Shown here piece after piece: positions 48,621 through 57,967 of a stretch of 64,000 bases of DNA. Location: positions 99,238 to 163,237 of the IMG/VR virus record IMGVR_UViG_3300032236_001503; one strand, 5' to 3'. The stretch's first letter is position 1, and every line of letters begins with the position of its first letter. The notes below the pieces were generated by a model. It searched no databases. It was not told the DNA's origin and saw only the letters and a program-made list of their open reading frames with translations. The DNA is from a virus. The translations under genes and the position numbers were made by a program.

Positions 48621-48815
48621 TTAAAACTCTTCTTCTTCCTTATCAGCATCAGGGCTAATGAGGTCATCAATCTCGGCTTGAATTCTTTTAATCTCATCAT
48701 TATAACCCTTTGAGGTCTTTTTCTTGAGATCCTTCATTTCATCCAACTCCTTGCAAAGTTGAAATACTTTGGCTTGCTTTCTGGTCATTGTTGTTTCTTC
48801 TGTTTCGTTTGTCAT
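48621..48815 (-). CDS. Small coiled-coil hypothetical protein
   Basis: 64-aa ORF between two tRNAs. Confidence 0.55.
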   Translation of the reverse strand: MTNETEETTMTRKQAKVFQLCKELDEMKDLKKKTSKGYNDEIKRIQAEIDDLISPDADKEEEEF

Positions 48816-48826
48816 AAAATTTAAAA

Positions 48827-48902
48827 TGGTAGCTATGGTCGGATTCGAACCGACACTTTACAGATTTTAAGTCTGTTGCCTCTGCCGTTGGGCTACATAG
48901 CC
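48827..48902 (-). tRNA. tRNA-Leu(TAA) with short variable loop
   Basis: ACAGA-CTTAAAA-TCTGT, 5-nt V-loop, A73, CCA. Confidence 0.9.
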
Positions 48903-49072
48903 ATATTTGATTATGTATTAATAATACACCAAATTTAGAAATCGGTCAATACTTTTTTGTAAGTTTTCCCTTAACTTTTACAAAGCCTTCAACTGGCTTC
49001 TTAGACTTAGGAAAATTCTGAACGAACTTCTTCATGTCAGTTGGACGAGGTTTAGATCCTTTACCAGCCATA

Positions 49073-49618
49073 TTACTTTTTCTTTGTGAAGCGACCCTTT
49101 ATGTCTCTCTTAACAGACTTTTTCTTAAGAGGTTTAAGATCAACAGAAGATTTTACAGTCTTCTTATAATCTTTATAAGCTGCTTTAAGATTCTTTTTAA
49201 CCTGTGCCTTAGAAACCTTCTTGGTTTTCTTTGCGAGATTAAGAATAACTTCATTTGCTTCCTTTTCGGAAACCTTAAAGTTCGTGTTATCTTTCTGGAT
49301 ATCTACCATGTGAAGACCTTCATTCGCAAGAAACTCAAGTCTTTTAAGAACATAGTTACCATTAAAACAATGATCCGTTGTTGCCAACGCTAGAATTTCA
49401 AGAAAAAGATTCTTGATATCATCCTCATGACCATTATAATAATCAGCCTGAATATATTCATCACCAAATGCATTGAGCTTATGATAAGAGTCCAACCACT
49501 TATAAAAGCAATTTATGGATTCAAGCCTATTAACAGGAACAACCTTATTAACGGCATCAATTACAATGCAAAATGATTTTGCTACTTTGGATTCGATATT
49601 AGGAATAGTTTCACTCAT
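49073..49618 (-). CDS. Hypothetical protein with Lys-rich C-terminus
   Basis: Ends KRDIKGRFTKKK; TTGCAA-N16-TAAGAT promoter. Confidence 0.6.
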   Translation of the reverse strand: MSETIPNIESKVAKSFCIVIDAVNKVVPVNRLESINCFYKWLDSYHKLNAFGDEYIQADYYNGHEDDIKNLFLEILALATTDHCFNGNYVLKRLEFLANEGLHMVDIQKDNTNFKVSEKEANEVILNLAKKTKKVSKAQVKKNLKAAYKDYKKTVKSSVDLKPLKKKSVKRDIKGRFTKKK

Positions 49619-49656
49619 AGAAACTATCTTAAAGCAATTTTTTAAATTTGCAAGTA

Positions 49657-50268
49657 CTATTTTAAATAATCTAAAGTAGAACCCTTGCGAGATTCTTTAA
49701 TTAAACCTTCTTCTGGATTAAATTGTTTGCTACCCTTACCACCCAAATATCTTAATGTTGAGTTGAATGATTCTTGGGCAACTGCTGTTTTTCCATCAAT
49801 ATGATCTGCCATCTTTTGTGCGCTACGATCAACATGTGAATTTTTTGCTGCATCTAAACTCTTTTTTAAGTCATTAAGAAATGCTTCTAAATTTTCTCTT
49901 GATGGATCATTGATGTAATTCTGTGCGATTTGATCGGATGTTTTTTCACCAATATCTTTTAAAAGTTCTTGTTGTTGTGCTACTGGTCTACCCTGTAATA
50001 ACGCCTTCACCTTACCGATAATATCCTGAACACCAGCACGAGAAGCTAAATGCTGAAGACCAGCAACGGCGGCAGCACCCATTGCACCGGGTACGGCAAA
50101 TGAAGCCAAAGTAATAAGACCCTGAATACCAGCTGGTAAGTGTTGGGTATTAGCCAATGCTGTACTAATCATTTGCCCCACCTCGGCTAAGTTTTCATTG
50201 ATAACGTTTCTTTTAACGCTACCATATGCTTCTTCTAAACTAACTTGATCTTTTGAATTTGAGAACAT
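49657..50268 (-). CDS. Protein carrying the D-x3-L-x2-A-Y motif, with a hydrophobic Ala/Gly segment
   Basis: MFSNSKDQVSLEEAY. Confidence 0.65.
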   Translation of the reverse strand: MFSNSKDQVSLEEAYGSVKRNVINENLAEVGQMISTALANTQHLPAGIQGLITLASFAVPGAMGAAAVAGLQHLASRAGVQDIIGKVKALLQGRPVAQQQELLKDIGEKTSDQIAQNYINDPSRENLEAFLNDLKKSLDAAKNSHVDRSAQKMADHIDGKTAVAQESFNSTLRYLGGKGSKQFNPEEGLIKESRKGSTLDYLK

Positions 50269-50269
50269 A

Positions 50270-50716
50270 TTATTTCTTTTTCTTTTTCTTTGCTACGGAT
50301 TTTTTATGAGATGCTTCTACATCTTTTTTACAACGCTTATATTTTGCTTCGTCTTCACGACCTACGGTTTTAGTACAAATTGCATATTTGCTACCTTCAG
50401 TCCATTTCTTTTTAGCCTCTTTGATAACATCAAGAGCAATGGAAAGTAAATCAAAAGCTTCTTCATCAATCTCTTTTTCTTTATCCTTTACATCCTTAAA
50501 TTCCTCTTCTTCAGTATCCTTTACATTTTCTTCCTTTTCATCTGCCTCAACTTTTGCATTTTTATAAGTGCTTGGCTTTTGTGTGCCAGTATGAGGATCA
50601 TTGTCTTTTCGATTAAAAGGGTGTTTATCATCAGTATTCTTTTCATCAATGTCTTTTGACTCGTTGATGATTTTAGAATAGATACTTTCTAATTCAGAGT
50701 GATCTTTATGCTTCAT
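50270..50716 (-). CDS. Late protein carrying the D-x3-L-x2-I-Y motif and a YAIC..TVGR...KY.RC module
   Basis: MKHKDHSELESIY; TAAGTA upstream. Confidence 0.65.
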   Translation of the reverse strand: MKHKDHSELESIYSKIINESKDIDEKNTDDKHPFNRKDNDPHTGTQKPSTYKNAKVEADEKEENVKDTEEEEFKDVKDKEKEIDEEAFDLLSIALDVIKEAKKKWTEGSKYAICTKTVGREDEAKYKRCKKDVEASHKKSVAKKKKKK

Positions 50717-50732
50717 TGAAAATACTTACTCT

Positions 50733-50978
50733 TTACGTTTCCAAAATCTCACGTAAATCTCTAAAAAGTCTATATGCTGCACCAATACTTAAATGTAAAA
50801 GAATACCTTCAAATGAAATTTTTAAAATAGTTGATTCATTAACTTCACCGCTTTCGTCTAAAATCTCCTCAACTTTTACTTCTTTGACCACGAAAGATTC
50901 TTTCTTCTTTGCTTTCGCAGCGAATTCCTTCGTTTTCATTCTTTTATTATAGTCTTTATTGGACATACTATTATCCAA
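50733..50978 (-). CDS. Hypothetical protein
   Basis: 81-aa ORF; TAAGTA upstream. Confidence 0.5.
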   Translation of the reverse strand: MDNSMSNKDYNKRMKTKEFAAKAKKKESFVVKEVKVEEILDESGEVNESTILKISFEGILLHLSIGAAYRLFRDLREILET

Positions 50979-51040
50979 TACTTATCGATTATTAACTACC
51001 CATTAACACTGTTATATTGGGCAATCGTAAAGGATAAATA

Positions 51041-52669
51041 CTAGCTTGCGTAGCACTGGATTTCATATAAAGGATCATCATTGTGATCCTTTCCATGATA
51101 ATGCCAATTGAATGAAATTAAAGAATTTTTAACGGCTGGATGTTCATCAAATGTTGCGGTTTTTTCATCATGCTTTCTATATGAAAGATTTCTTTGACCA
51201 TTCGCACCAATCAATAAATCACCTCTTACCATGTCTAATTCAAACCCAAGACCATGTAATGCCTTTGCTACAGCAGCAATTCCTTTTGATGGATTCCCAA
51301 AACGACCGTTACCATCTAATCCAGCTTCTTGGAAAGCTCTTCCGATTGCTCTTCTATCGGAATCCTTTACTTTATAGATTGGTTGAATCTTAGGTGTTTC
51401 GTTTTCTGATAAAACTTTTCTGTTGAAGAAACTCTTAAATGATTCTTGTTTTACTTCACCTTCCTCTGAAGGTGATTCTTGTTTATTAGCAAAGTCATAA
51501 ATGTAATCAATTATTTCTCTTGCTGCACCACCAATGATTTTTTCATTCTCCGATACGTGTTCGGGATCTATTCTCCAAATTGCAAGATATTTTGAAGCAT
51601 GTTCGTGTGGTAAATCAAACTCTCTTAATACAACATACGCAACACCTTCGGCTTGCAGTTCTTTAATTTTTCTGTCAACTTCCATTCTTGCTTCTAAATC
51701 GTGAAGCATTTCATGTGCGATCTCGTGAACCAATGTTGAGATATTTTCAGACATTAATTGGATAGAACCCATCTTACTGACACCTCTTGCTCCACCTAAT
51801 CCTTCTGCGCTAATATCAACCTGAATATTACGCTTTTTAGCAAAGTCCATAAGAGCATCAAAGATAACTCTTGTTTTTTCATCAGGTGTAGTTTCATCAA
51901 ACCATTTTGGTTCTTCTACCATTTTGTTTTCCTTGCCTTCGATTTGTTCGGTGTCGGAAACATCAAACACTGGTCTTAAAATAAAACGGGTTTGTCTAAG
52001 AACTTCTTGATCTTGAGCAGCATCGGCTTCGTCTTGATTTAACTTTTTAGAAATTGGAACATAAATGTATATTCCCTTTGCTCCCTTTTTTAACTGGCGA
52101 TTAAATTCCTTTAACCATTTATTTTTACCAGCAACATGGGTTGCGTTTCTCTTTTGAATAAAGATTAACATTTGATTCGCAAATGAATATCTTCTAAACT
52201 TCTTTCTAAAATTAAAAAATTCCTGAACCTCTGGTGAGCTTGCATCAGTTTTAATTTTTTCTTTTAATTCGTCTAAGAATGATGTAATCTTATCTTGCAT
52301 ACCTTCATCGACAGCATCTTCTAATTTTGATGCAATATCACCGAAGTCGGTTTCTGCTAAAGGTTTTTCGGTTTTATTTAATGAATAAATTGCCTTAACA
52401 TATTTTGGTGCTTCTACATCTCTTTGATGTTCAGAATCAAATGGTTTTACCCATGCTCTTAAATTTGCTCCGTCCCAAATAAAACCAGCCTTTTTAATTG
52501 CATCCTTTTTCTTAAAGGTTTCTCCATTTTGATTGGTAGTAACAACAAGAAGATATTTTGTATTACCGTTTTTATCCGTTATATTTTTCTTAGCAAGTGC
52601 TAAATCTTCTTCAAGAACCGAATACATTTCTGTATAAATGTTTTCAAGTATTAAGGCATCGTTTTTCAT
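51041..52669 (-). CDS. ArdC-like ssDNA-binding N-domain plus ImmA/IrrE-like HExxH metallopeptidase and an extra C-terminal domain
   Basis: F..YSF.N..LI..Q...AT.VAG...W....RQLKKG.KGI.I..P, VFDVSDT, TLVHEIAH, E..AE.VAY. Confidence 0.85.
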   Translation of the reverse strand: MKNDALILENIYTEMYSVLEEDLALAKKNITDKNGNTKYLLVVTTNQNGETFKKKDAIKKAGFIWDGANLRAWVKPFDSEHQRDVEAPKYVKAIYSLNKTEKPLAETDFGDIASKLEDAVDEGMQDKITSFLDELKEKIKTDASSPEVQEFFNFRKKFRRYSFANQMLIFIQKRNATHVAGKNKWLKEFNRQLKKGAKGIYIYVPISKKLNQDEADAAQDQEVLRQTRFILRPVFDVSDTEQIEGKENKMVEEPKWFDETTPDEKTRVIFDALMDFAKKRNIQVDISAEGLGGARGVSKMGSIQLMSENISTLVHEIAHEMLHDLEARMEVDRKIKELQAEGVAYVVLREFDLPHEHASKYLAIWRIDPEHVSENEKIIGGAAREIIDYIYDFANKQESPSEEGEVKQESFKSFFNRKVLSENETPKIQPIYKVKDSDRRAIGRAFQEAGLDGNGRFGNPSKGIAAVAKALHGLGFELDMVRGDLLIGANGQRNLSYRKHDEKTATFDEHPAVKNSLISFNWHYHGKDHNDDPLYEIQCYAS

Positions 52670-52674
52670 ATATT

Positions 52675-55635
52675 TTAATATTTACTTCTAAAGTACTTAG
52701 CAAAGCTTTCTTTTATCGCACCACCCAATTCATCAGCAATGATATCAAGATCACTTCCTTCAACTTCAGCAAGTTTCTTTTGGGCATCGATAATTTTTTG
52801 AAGAGCTTCTGAATCCTGATCACTTATCTTCTCTTGTTGATAGATCTTTCTATAAGTTTGAATAATTTCAGCAAGTTTCTTTTTCTTCTCGACGTTTTCG
52901 TAGAGTCTCTCGTCTCCACCGGGATTGATATTGTAAATCACTCTGACATTCTGATTGGTATTGATTCTATAAATTCTACCTTCACTCTGCTCAACGGATT
53001 CAGGTGTCCAATCATAATCATTAACAATCATTGTCTTAAATGTATTAGGGAATGAAATACCAGTTCCACCCATCTTCATACTCATCACCAAAATCTTAGC
53101 ATCAGGATGCTCCATTTTCTTTTTAACTTGATCCAATTCCTTCTTAGGTGTTGAACTCAAGAATGAATATGCTTTCCATTTTGGATTCACACTAGCAAGA
53201 GCTTCTTCGGCTTTACTTAACAGTTCTTGTCCTGCACCAACAAAGTTTGTGAAAATTAAAACCTTACTGGCAGAATAATTGTTTTCTTTATCTTTTTGGT
53301 TGTTAACAATTATATCCATTGCCATTCTGATGGTCTCGTCGGTTTTTTCCTTTGCTATAATATCTCTAAATGCAAGCATCTGAGATATTGCAAGATTTGG
53401 ATCTTTATATCCTTTAATTTTATCATTAACCTGTTTAATAAATTCTGCTTGTTTCTTAATAGAATTTCTTTTTTCCTTATCGATTTTAATATCAGGCATC
53501 TTCTCACCCTTCTCGCTTCTCATGTCTTCCTTGGAATGTCTAATATAAATTCCAGTAAGGTGCATCCATTTGTTAAGATGTTCAGCGGCTCTTATTCTAT
53601 CTTCAAAATCACCTTCGACATATGCTCCACCATAACCAGCTGGAACCATTCCTGCAAACTCTCTTTTAAACTTGCTATCATCAAGAAGACCCATAGGATG
53701 TCCTAAAATTGCCAATTGATTCTTAACATCCATTGGTTTATTAGCGGAAACCGTGGCAGTTGCACCCCATCTACATTTTGCTTTCTCGGCAATCTTCTCA
53801 AGATTTTGTGATCTCTTTGATGTGCTATGTTTGAGTTTATGTAATTCGTCAAAGATAACAACCGAATATTCTTGGTTTGAAAGATGATTGATAACTCCTT
53901 CTAAATTTCCACCAGCAGAGAAGTTCTCATAATAAAGAACATTCCATTTCTTTGTAACCATTGGATCAACGGAGATTTCTTTTCTTTCCTTTTCACCCAT
54001 AACAGCAACAATTTCTTCTGCGAACTGACTTTGAACTCTCTTTAATGTGACAATAAGAATTGGTTTCTTTTCTTCTTTGTAAACTAATTCAGCAGCATAA
54101 ATCATCTGAACAGTTTTTCCACCACCTGTTTCTGATCCCAAGATGGCATACTTGTTCTTATAAAGGAAATCCACTCCTTCTTTTTGCAAACCAAAAAGTT
54201 TAAATCCAGATTCTGGGAAATCATTATCGGTTGCTTCCGATACTTGTTCTTGTTTCTTTAATTTAAGATCTCTTGCTGGTTTAAGAATACCATCTTCTTT
54301 CATTTTCTTAAACACAATTCTGAGATTATCAACATTGAAATTATTATCTTTTAAGATCTGACCCAATTTTACATATTGTTCATAGTCGCCCTTTAAATTA
54401 GCCATGTAATTCTCCCACTTGGCAGTTGGGAAAAGATAACGAATACATTCTCTAAAGACTTTCTTTGCGTCTTCTGGAATACCTGAAGCATAATTTGGTG
54501 CAAGTCTAATTCCTTGTTTTGCAACATATTCAACATTAAGGAGATAACCATCACCACTTTCTGGTTTTACTTCTTCAACCGAACCATCACCAACTGGTGC
54601 TTCTTCTTTCCCAAAATGTTTTTCAAGATCAGATACATCAAGATCTTGTTCAAAAATTGGCTTTAATAATTCATAAGATGATTTCTTATCATCCATGAAT
54701 ATTTTCTTTGATGCCATATCAAATGATAAAAGTTTAGGAGTCAAGCCAGCATTTTTACATGCGAAATAAACTTTCTTTGAAACCGGACTACCTGTGGGAC
54801 CTAAATTAACCTCAAGCTTTCTGCCATATTTGGTTGGAAATGCTGAAACAATTTCAACCTTTGGTTTATTAACTGGTGCTTCTTCTTCACCCTGTCCTCT
54901 TGCTGGTAAATTACCAATTTCTTTAATCTCAACATCTGGATAAATCTTTTCTGCTAATCTACGGGCAAGTTCAGGAACCATGTAGAACTGACTTGGTGTA
55001 AGCTTTTTGAAATATTTGTAACTGTCTTGGAAAACATAATTTCCATAGTTGTCAATAACCTTTGGTATATTTTGTTCTTGGAAATAAGGATAGATAACTT
55101 CCTTATTGATTCTATTAATGGATGGGTATTCTTCCTTTACAACTCTTTTTCCACTTTTGATTTTAGGAACAGTAACCAAGATTTTACCGTATTGGGTATT
55201 TGAATAATCAAAAACTATCTTATCTTCATCCTGTTGTTGGGTATTTGTTACCTTGTTTATTTCATGACGGAGAACTTTCTCTTCCCCATCCCAATTAAAT
55301 CCGATACTTTTTAATTGGGTTGATCTATACTTGTAAAGTGCTCCCATTAATCTCTGGATTAACCACACAGGCATTTCATCACCCATGTTAAATTCTGGAG
55401 CTTGCATTAATCCATTACCCCATGCACCACCTACAATTGTAGTCCAATCAATTTTATTGAATCCCAAATCATTGAATTCATTTGGAACACCTCTTGCTGC
55501 CATGTCATTAACAGCCTTTCTAAGTCTAAGAATAGCATCGGCTTTTACCAATTTTTTGGAGTTCTCGTCTTGATGAAGTCCCTCAACGACAACCTCATAT
55601 AGACTTTCCAAAATTATTGAATCTTTATCGTACAT
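52675..55635 (-). CDS. SNF2-family helicase/translocase with long N-terminal extension
   Basis: Q.EGV.FL, ETGGGKT, IFDELH, TAT...N.P, KVLIFT, GGTGI, W.P...QSEGRIYRI. Confidence 0.9.
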   Translation of the reverse strand: MYDKDSIILESLYEVVVEGLHQDENSKKLVKADAILRLRKAVNDMAARGVPNEFNDLGFNKIDWTTIVGGAWGNGLMQAPEFNMGDEMPVWLIQRLMGALYKYRSTQLKSIGFNWDGEEKVLRHEINKVTNTQQQDEDKIVFDYSNTQYGKILVTVPKIKSGKRVVKEEYPSINRINKEVIYPYFQEQNIPKVIDNYGNYVFQDSYKYFKKLTPSQFYMVPELARRLAEKIYPDVEIKEIGNLPARGQGEEEAPVNKPKVEIVSAFPTKYGRKLEVNLGPTGSPVSKKVYFACKNAGLTPKLLSFDMASKKIFMDDKKSSYELLKPIFEQDLDVSDLEKHFGKEEAPVGDGSVEEVKPESGDGYLLNVEYVAKQGIRLAPNYASGIPEDAKKVFRECIRYLFPTAKWENYMANLKGDYEQYVKLGQILKDNNFNVDNLRIVFKKMKEDGILKPARDLKLKKQEQVSEATDNDFPESGFKLFGLQKEGVDFLYKNKYAILGSETGGGKTVQMIYAAELVYKEEKKPILIVTLKRVQSQFAEEIVAVMGEKERKEISVDPMVTKKWNVLYYENFSAGGNLEGVINHLSNQEYSVVIFDELHKLKHSTSKRSQNLEKIAEKAKCRWGATATVSANKPMDVKNQLAILGHPMGLLDDSKFKREFAGMVPAGYGGAYVEGDFEDRIRAAEHLNKWMHLTGIYIRHSKEDMRSEKGEKMPDIKIDKEKRNSIKKQAEFIKQVNDKIKGYKDPNLAISQMLAFRDIIAKEKTDETIRMAMDIIVNNQKDKENNYSASKVLIFTNFVGAGQELLSKAEEALASVNPKWKAYSFLSSTPKKELDQVKKKMEHPDAKILVMSMKMGGTGISFPNTFKTMIVNDYDWTPESVEQSEGRIYRINTNQNVRVIYNINPGGDERLYENVEKKKKLAEIIQTYRKIYQQEKISDQDSEALQKIIDAQKKLAEVEGSDLDIIADELGGAIKESFAKYFRSKY

Positions 55636-55650
55636 GTTTTATATTTACTC

Positions 55651-56085
55651 TTAGGTAAGTTCGGCTGTTAATTTCCCATCAATAATTGAAACTTGCTTGG
55701 CATTGTGTACAGGTGATTCATCTGCACGATTTACGAAGGAATTGTATTTGTAAGGGTTATAGGTGATGGAAACTGGTAAAACAACTGGTTCTTTGTTTTC
55801 CAAATACCCGATTACGCCAGCATGGACGTTTTTTCTCTTCTCTTCACGAACTCTTTCCATTCCCCCTTGGCGAACTTTCAACACACAATCTCTGAGCATG
55901 AGATTTCTCTCATGTCCAATAACCCTATTTGTTGAAACATCCATGATTGAGAAAATAGGGTATCCAAGTTTATCTGACAAGTTTAAATTTTTATAAACCC
56001 AAACTTTTCCGGTAAAGCCTTTGTGACCTGTTTTGGCAACAAGTCCATAGGCTTCTTGGATTAATAATGTGTCACGATCTCGCAT
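55651..56085 (-). CDS. Conserved phage protein (VYKNL...VRQGG.ERV..EKRKNVHA family)
   Basis: Family motif, YNPYK..SF; N-terminal MRDRDTLLIQEAY. Confidence 0.7.
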   Translation of the reverse strand: MRDRDTLLIQEAYGLVAKTGHKGFTGKVWVYKNLNLSDKLGYPIFSIMDVSTNRVIGHERNLMLRDCVLKVRQGGMERVREEKRKNVHAGVIGYLENKEPVVLPVSITYNPYKYNSFVNRADESPVHNAKQVSIIDGKLTAELT

Positions 56086-56097
56086 TTTTATAATAAT

Positions 56098-56126
56098 TAC
56101 CCTTAAAAAATTTTTTTAACTAAGTA
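56098..56126 (+). repeat. ~30-bp direct repeat, copy 1, containing a late-promoter core
   Basis: TACCCTTAAAAAATTTTTTTAACTAAGTA; second copy at 57654-57683. Confidence 0.6.
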
Positions 56127-56134
56127 AATAAGAG

Positions 56135-57649
56135 ATGGATTTAAAGAAAATCATATTAAATGTCTTGGAAGAAGGTCACTTCCACATACCAAGAGAAGTG
56201 TTTCAAGACATGATGAATTACTATCTTGAGATGTATAAAAAGTTTAAGGTCAATGGTGGCAAGAGAGTCACGGATCAACAATATCCACCAAAGAAGTTTA
56301 AATTGGATTTTTCCAAGGTAGGTAAGAGTTTTGAGTTTCTTAAAAACACACCAACACCACCTGAAGTAACCTTGCGCTTTACTGCAAATAATTCCGCACA
56401 ACATTGCAGATTTCAGGCAGGATATAATTCAGAAATCCAGCTTTCATTAAATGATGCAGAAAGAGTTTACACAGAGGTTATGGAGCACGAATTACTCCAT
56501 TCACTTCAGAATATATTAAAAAAACACGAACAGTTTAGAAGAAATCAGGTTGATCCCAAAGACGTAAGGGTAAAGGATAAAAAATCAATCTATAAGTCCA
56601 AAGACCCAAATTCCATCTGGAGAGCAAAATTGCCAGACGTTGAGTATGCAGGTGTACCAAAGAAAAAATTTATAGATCAAAAATACGATTGGCACGGATA
56701 TTCCAAAAACAAATACGCTCAAAGAAGAACAACCCACGAGAAAAGACCAATTGAATATTATCCGGATTTATTCTCCTCAATCAAGAGTATGCAAAGAAGT
56801 TGGTATAAATTCGCCAAACATCATGCAATGGATGAGAATGCCGTTAGATCAGAAGAAAAGAAAAAGAACTTCTACATGCTCTTTTTTAATAACATAAAAA
56901 CAGGTAAACCATATCCTGATTATGCCAAAAACTTCATCCCCAGCTTGGCAAGTAAAATCTTTGAGGTGTTTAAGAAAAACGGAGATGATTTTCTAAACAT
57001 GATGTTAAAGAAACTCTATGACGGATTTGTTAATAAAGATCCGGATTTCTCCTATGATGAATTCAAAAGTGTTGAGAAACAAGCCGAAGACGATGCCTAT
57101 AATAAACAAAACGAAAAGGCAAAGAAATTAGGCTTAAAGGAACCAGCAGCATTTAGTTTTGATCCTAGAAGCCTGAAACTTGATTACTATGACAGAGGTG
57201 AAATCTTTGATCAGGTTCAAAACGAAGAAGCCGAAGAATACCTTGATGGGAATAGATCGGAAAATGCCGAATATGTTTTAAACGAGCTTGGTTTAAAATC
57301 CAAGGAAGACAAGAGAGGTAATGAATATGTCTTATATCCAAGTAAAATAACAAACATTATAAAACTCTTTAAAAAGATAGCTGGTTTGAAAAATAGCACA
57401 TTTGATAAGGTTTCCAAACAGGCAAGTGATGCTATGTGGGATGGGGTGTTTAATTACTTCCTTGCCACCTACACAAGAGCACTAACAACGGAAGCATTAC
57501 CAAATTTAGATAGAAGATGGTTTCGCCTAACAGGAGAAAACGAAAAAGACGCAAGAAGACAATCCAAAGAAAATTACGATAAGCAAATAGCCGAATATTC
57601 TGATAACTTCAAAAAACTCATAGGCTCTTTGCGTTCTGCCAACGTATAA
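56135..57649 (+). CDS. Large late protein with zincin-like HExxH motif
   Basis: MEHELLHSLQ with downstream PIEYY; TAAGTA/TAAATA upstream. Confidence 0.65.
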   Translation: MDLKKIILNVLEEGHFHIPREVFQDMMNYYLEMYKKFKVNGGKRVTDQQYPPKKFKLDFSKVGKSFEFLKNTPTPPEVTLRFTANNSAQHCRFQAGYNSEIQLSLNDAERVYTEVMEHELLHSLQNILKKHEQFRRNQVDPKDVRVKDKKSIYKSKDPNSIWRAKLPDVEYAGVPKKKFIDQKYDWHGYSKNKYAQRRTTHEKRPIEYYPDLFSSIKSMQRSWYKFAKHHAMDENAVRSEEKKKNFYMLFFNNIKTGKPYPDYAKNFIPSLASKIFEVFKKNGDDFLNMMLKKLYDGFVNKDPDFSYDEFKSVEKQAEDDAYNKQNEKAKKLGLKEPAAFSFDPRSLKLDYYDRGEIFDQVQNEEAEEYLDGNRSENAEYVLNELGLKSKEDKRGNEYVLYPSKITNIIKLFKKIAGLKNSTFDKVSKQASDAMWDGVFNYFLATYTRALTTEALPNLDRRWFRLTGENEKDARRQSKENYDKQIAEYSDNFKKLIGSLRSANV

Positions 57650-57653
57650 AAGC

Positions 57654-57683
57654 TACCCTTAAAAAAATTTTTTGCACTAAATA
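57654..57683 (+). repeat. ~30-bp direct repeat, copy 2
   Basis: TACCCTTAAAAAAATTTTTTGCACTAAATA. Confidence 0.6.
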
Positions 57684-57692
57684 TAAAAAGAA

Positions 57693-57932
57693 ATGAAAGC
57701 ACCAAAAAGACTCGTAACACTAAAGGAACTCTATCAGACGAAAGTTTTGAAGGAAAATCAAATCCCTACAAATGAAACTGCAAGTGATATGGATGCTTTA
57801 TACACAATCATTAGAAATGCACTCAATAGAAACCATATTGATTTCAAAGAAGAAGCCGATTGTTTAAAGGTTGAATATTTCGAAAAACAGTATGAGATCA
57901 AGGTTTCTGAGCTTGGTAATACTGGATTATAA
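57693..57932 (+). CDS. Hypothetical late protein
   Basis: 79 aa; TAAATA upstream. Confidence 0.55.
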   Translation: MKAPKRLVTLKELYQTKVLKENQIPTNETASDMDALYTIIRNALNRNHIDFKEEADCLKVEYFEKQYEIKVSELGNTGL

Positions 57933-57967
57933 AACTTGATTTTTAAAAAATTCCCCTAATTAGGGGC

